This document shows positions 62,554 through 64,000 of a DNA stretch of 64,000 nt, one piece after another; position 1 is the first letter of the stretch; every line of letters begins with the position of its first letter. Origin of the DNA: Curvularia clavata (taxonomy: Eukaryota); the NCBI GenBank assembly GCA_023920165.1, contig CP089277.1, forward strand, positions 62,001 through 126,000. Direction: 5' to 3'. Made by a program: the position numbers and the translations under genes. A model generated the notes under the pieces. That model had not been told where the DNA came from and did no database searches. It worked only from the letters and a program-made list of their open reading frames with translations.

Positions 62554-64000
62554 TCTATCTCTTGTCCCTGCTTTTTCTTGTTCTCCTGCTGTGCTAGTGC
62601 GCAAGCTACGATCCTGTACTCACCTCACCCCCTTAATTACGGGTATCAAGCTGCTATCTTCAATTGAGAACCCTAATATTACCAAGTGATATGGCGCCAT
62701 CTGCTCGCTCAAATCCAGCTATTTCTGCTGCTGGCTAACTGTTGCTATCATGTATAGGCAAATCAGGATTTGGAACCCGTTCGAACGGCCGTTAGCGTAC
62801 CAAACCTTGTCTTTACTAATGAAGGAAAGTGCTATTGATAACGGCTTCTGTTTGATTGGCTGGAAAGCGCATGGAACGCTAAGTTCTGCTTAACTGATTT
62901 CTCAACTCCCGATTTGCCCATATAAAGCTGCTATCCTCTGGGTCCTGGACTGGAGCGCCTGTCGCCTCTTCCCAGCCGATCACTGGGTCGCATTCAGTTC
63001 GCTGGCTGAGACTACCTCAATGGAAAGCAAAGGGTGCTCCTCGCCAGCAATTGTGATAATTACTTCTATTGATTACCTACTCTGATACTTTTTTTTGTGT
63101 GTATACAATAAGAAGACAATGAGTATCTATGCTAATCTTGAAATGCATAGTACACTATATGAATGGCGTTGAGATCCCCATAAATCTGGGAATCTTAACA
63201 TATATAAATTGGCAATAGTATTAGATAAAAGACATTTCAAATAACGACTTATAAAGCATACTTACGGTTATTAACAATTTGTCTTGTTCAGTTTACATTT
63301 GGAACGTCCAAGTGGTGAAGCTGTTATAGTAGACATTGTTTAATCTTATGCGATGCAACTACAACTCTGCAAATAGTTCTGTACGTATACTTACAGCCTA
63401 CCAAGACGCAGGTGACAGTACCAGAGGTGATGGGAAGTCGGCCCGGCTGCGTTCCGGCGGCTCCTGCCCTTGCTCTTGCCAGCGGTACTCCACGGCTCGT
63501 ATCGCAAAACACGCCCACTTCCTTATATTCGCCATAATCTCCATTCGAGACTCTACTTTCGTATAGGCATCTGATACATTGCACTAGGTGTGAATACATT
63601 ACTCCAGACTGTGCGTCATACTATTCCTCTATCGTCAAGCTCCTCGCAGTCGCACTTACTTTGCTTTTTGCTACTGCAGCACCGCTGTAAAATACCCAGC
63701 GCAGCACATACTGCTTCTGCATTGAACGTGACTTCGCGCTCCAACTATAAAGCGATGAATGTAAGCTTCATCGTCGATGACTTCGCCTTGGCGCACGCGC
63801 TTGACCCTTCTGAAGTATGCAGCTTGTGCGCGATATTAGTGGATATTCTAGACCGCGACAGGGAAGGCCGTTCAGGACAATGCCAATAGGATCACGAAGA
63901 CAGGCATCTCCAGCTGCTGCAAGGCGCTTTCATGTACCTCAACGTATAACGCTATGTCGCAGATGCAAAATTTTGCCACATCTGGCGGCCCGCCAACCAT

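Noticed and set aside
1..64000. Starship giant transposon or CRISPR/prokaryotic defence system
   Set aside because: No tyrosine-recombinase captain, typical Starship accessory genes or repeat-spacer array recognised; the DNA is clearly fungal
63755..64000. Possible damaged gene start (MNVSFIVDD..CSLC.. with TAG and TAA stops)
   Set aside because: Too short, cut by the window end, no recognisable family

Overview
Eukaryotic, intron-containing DNA from a filamentous ascomycete (GT..AG introns with CTRAY branch sites, Zn2Cys6 regulators, RIP-like CpA>TpA damage). It reads as an accessory, turnover-prone region. Apparently intact genes: enoyl-CoA hydratase, MscS-like channel, aspartic protease, A-T-R NRPS-like enzyme, Baeyer-Villiger monooxygenase, SDR, Zn2Cys6 factor, DUF2235 hydrolase, PDR ABC transporter, RTG2, phospholipase B and a kelch membrane protein. 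These are mixed with broken genes: a NACHT-ankyrin NLR, GH17, a MARVEL-like gene, an HR-PKS tail and a bacterial-looking relic. Two insertions can be resolved to the base. (1) A 1464-bp DD34E Tc1-like element with perfect 52-bp TIRs is flanked by a 5-bp TCAGG duplication rather than the canonical TA, and it splits a metallo-beta-lactamase-fold gene. (2) A 447-bp solo LTR with a TACAG TSD splits a secreted 2xCBM18/STIG1-like/Cys-rich gene. Other candidates are an orphan LnaA/HqlA-type reductive NRPS, a transporter-BVMO-SDR-TF catabolic cluster and an mrr1/atrB-like regulator-pump pair. All family calls come from motifs read by eye; no searches were run.
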